From assembly GCF_964204645.1 (NCBI RefSeq), contig NC_134025.1, positions 12,152,001-12,216,000 on the forward strand: 64,000 bases of DNA, in the 5' to 3' direction. Made by a program: the position numbers and the translations under genes. This DNA is from Tubulanus polymorphus. Lineage: Eukaryota; Animalia; Nemertea. This document shows, in pieces, positions 61,609-64,000 of the stretch. The notes beneath the pieces were generated by a model. The model had not been told where the DNA came from. It saw only the letters and a program-made list of their open reading frames with translations, and did no database searches. The first letter of the stretch is position 1. The number at the start of each line of letters is the position of its first letter.

Positions 61609-62880
61609 TTTTTAGCCCACTTGGGACTTTAGTCCCAGCGGGCTATTGCGTTCACTTGTCGTCCGTCCATTCGTCCGTCCGTCCGTAGACGGAATCCAGT
61701 TATTTTGGGAAGTTTTGAAGACGCTTCAAGGTAACGTCTTGATATTTGGGTTATACATGTATCTACCCTAGACACATCTTCAGCCCAAAAACTGGTCCTG
61801 TCAGAATCAAGATGGCCGACTAGCAGCCATTGTTGTTCGCCAAAATCAGCACTTTTTACACATTTTTGAACTTTTTGAGGGAAATTTTGAAGACGCTTTG
61901 TTCAATTACCTTGATCTTTCGGATATATGTGAATCCCCCCAGGGCCCATCAACATAACAAAAATTGGGTCGGTCGGACTCAAGATGGCCGTCCTATGACC
62001 TTTTTAGTGCCCAAAAATGTTAATTTTGGCCCGAATTCTGAGTCCTGTAGCTTCCTACTGGTTTGCCATTTATCATTGCAATTTAAGATGGGCATTCTTT
62101 GGAAAAGGATGTTTTATACCTGAGACAGGTATTTTTCATCAGCCAATTATGATGCAATTGGCGGCCATCTTTGTGTCACCAGTACTCATTCGTAAGTGGG
62201 AAAAAGTTTTTCCACATTATATTGATACCTAAGCGTATTTTGCTACCACAATCAATGAGAAAGTTGTAGCTCATAACGTGCTCTATGATTGTGGTGAGTT
62301 TCAAGGTAATTGGATTTTGTATATGGCCACCAGGGGGGCGTTGAATAATACAATATCTTAGTATTTCTATATTATATTCGTACCTATGCATATTTTGTAA
62401 CCACAATCAATTGGAAAGTTGTAGCTCATGACATCATCTATGATTGTTGCGAGTTTTAAGGACATTAGTTTTTCTATATGGTCACCAGGGGCGTTGAATA
62501 GTAGAATAACTTAGTATTTCCTTATTATATTGGTACCTAGGCATATTTTGTTACCATGATCAATTGCAAAGTTGTAGTTCATGACATGTTATATGATTGT
62601 GGTGAGTTTCGAGGTCATTGGGTTTTGAATATGGTCACCAGGGGGCGTTGAATAGTAGAATGACTTAGTATTTCCATATTAAATTGGTAACAAGGCATAT
62701 TTTGTTATCACAATCAATTACAAAATCGTAGCTGCTGACATGTTCTATGATTGTGGTGAGTTTCAAGGTCGTTGGTTTTTGTAAATGGTCACCAGGGGGC
62801 GTTGAAAATTGAAATTGTTAGATTGTTGAGCATTTGAAACCACTCCCCAAGTGGGCATGGTGTCCCTGGACCCCTAGTTT
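61609..62880 (+). mobile_element. Helentron-associated / DINE-1-like element, copy 3 (4 internal units)
   Basis: Same termini, microsatellite and 154-bp units as copies 1 and 2. Confidence 0.87.
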
Positions 62881-62912
62881 ATGTAAGAACGACCGACACG
62901 GCGGTCCAATGG

Positions 62913-63896
62913 TTAAGCGTACGACATTTCGATCTCGCACGCCACGCAGTCAACGGGCATGTCGTCAAATCCGTAGATGACCATGTCTCCCAGCGGCAAC
63001 GGGTGCACATGCACTTCACCGAAAGGCGCCGAAGAATTACGCAACGGCGGATCCCAAGTAATCTCGGCTGCGATCACTATTTTACTGCAGAATGCACACG
63101 AGAAGTGCGCCGAAGGGATTCCTCGGTAAATTGCGGGTCTACCGTTGCACGTCGGGTGCTTGTGCACTACCACTCGCTGCGTGGTCTCGGGTCCAGTCTG
63201 AAATTGTTGCTGTTCTTTTACCGGTCGAGGAGCGTCCTCCGCGGTCACGGGCGGAACGATCGGCCTGAGTTGGGACTCCTGGGTGATTTTAATACGAGTC
63301 GGCATTGCCCCACCAGTTCTGGAACCCGGCACCGAGTTTTTCCAGCGAATATGGTTCTGGGAGGGTCCTGTTCCGCTCCTCCAGTTCTCTCTTACGTTTC
63401 TCTTGAAGCCTGCACCTCTCCGCTCGCTAACCTCCCTCCTCCGTCGCTCCTCCACACGCTGCTTATTCGCGGTTTCTTTCGACGCTGCAGCTTCGGCTGC
63501 CCGGCGTTCCCGGCTAGCGTGAGTAACTCGCGCAACGCGTCTTTTAAGCTCCCGAGCACTGTCATTTGACGACTGTTCCGCGATGGAACTATGGGCCGCA
63601 TCTAGGACAGATGGGTCCAGTTTGGATAGAATTGGCGACGGATCTTTCGCCGGCAAGCATTTCGACGATGGAGAATTAGTGGTTTGCGGCTCCGACGGCG
63701 GAGAATTAACGGTCTGCGGCTCCGACGAAGAATTAGCGGTCTGCGGCTCCGACAAAGAATTAATGGTCTGCGGCTTCGACAAAGAATTATTTCTCGCGCG
63801 TTTCGTAGGTGGTTCGCCCTCATCCAGGGAGACAGGGAGGCTGGTCCCAGAGCTGCTCCACGACTTTCGTCGGGGTCCGGCGATCCCGGCGCGCAT
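62913..63896 (-). CDS. Orphan intronless ORF (327 aa), low-complexity/basic N-terminal half with a C-terminal CxxC...CxxC; possibly transposon- or virus-derived
   Basis: GC-rich uninterrupted frame in AT-rich surroundings. About 27-bp coding repeats (SEPQTxNS) at about 63673-63790, NLS-like PPTKRAR, CAFC and CVAC. Confidence 0.45.
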   Translation of the reverse strand: MRAGIAGPRRKSWSSSGTSLPVSLDEGEPPTKRARNNSLSKPQTINSLSEPQTANSSSEPQTVNSPPSEPQTTNSPSSKCLPAKDPSPILSKLDPSVLDAAHSSIAEQSSNDSARELKRRVARVTHASRERRAAEAAASKETANKQRVEERRRREVSERRGAGFKRNVRENWRSGTGPSQNHIRWKNSVPGSRTGGAMPTRIKITQESQLRPIVPPVTAEDAPRPVKEQQQFQTGPETTQRVVVHKHPTCNGRPAIYRGIPSAHFSCAFCSKIVIAAEITWDPPLRNSSAPFGEVHVHPLPLGDMVIYGFDDMPVDCVACEIEMSYA

Positions 63897-64000
63897 GTCT
63901 CCGGATCAAATCGGCCCGAGAGCCCGTCTTCCCGCACGCAAAGTTTTCTTAGTTTGTTCTGTTGGTGTTTTCCTGGGGAACTAAGTTGTTTATAATGCTT

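Noticed and set aside
63003-63995. Plus-strand ORFs overlapping the orphan ORF
   Set aside because: Expected shadows of a GC-rich repetitive frame, with no recognisable motifs.

Overview
AT-rich, intron-rich metazoan genomic DNA, most likely from a marine invertebrate (inferred from gene and transposon content). The ORF track is mostly uninformative because the genes are split into short exons. Hand-splicing recovers eight host genes: NDUFV3 (+), a DHDH-like Gfo/Idh/MocA dehydrogenase (+), a 17-exon MATE/SLC47 transporter (-), a stand-alone secreted GON-domain protein (-), YJU2 (+), NOPCHAP1/C12orf45 (+, no start codon found), an NHL-repeat protein (-) and RSPH3 (-). Mobile DNA is abundant: a Penelope-like retroelement (PLE), three Helentron/DINE-1-type non-autonomous elements, many MITEs, a LINE 3' fragment, and a transposon graveyard at 55-64 kb (Ulp1-PHD pseudogene, intron-containing hAT transposase, orphan ORF). 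The most striking observation is the PLE at about 2.2-5.2 kb, which has a gag-pol-like layout. A short upstream ORF resembling the C-terminus of an SGNH esterase ends on a U_UUA_AAC slippery heptamer followed by a stem-loop. The ATG-less RT/GIY-YIG frame is exactly its -1 frame, and almost all of the RT-EN region is bracketed by a strong splice donor and acceptor. Second is a Helentron-type element carrying 154-bp-spaced arrays of CTCF-like motifs. All gene models and family calls are by eye and from recalled motifs; no database searches were run.
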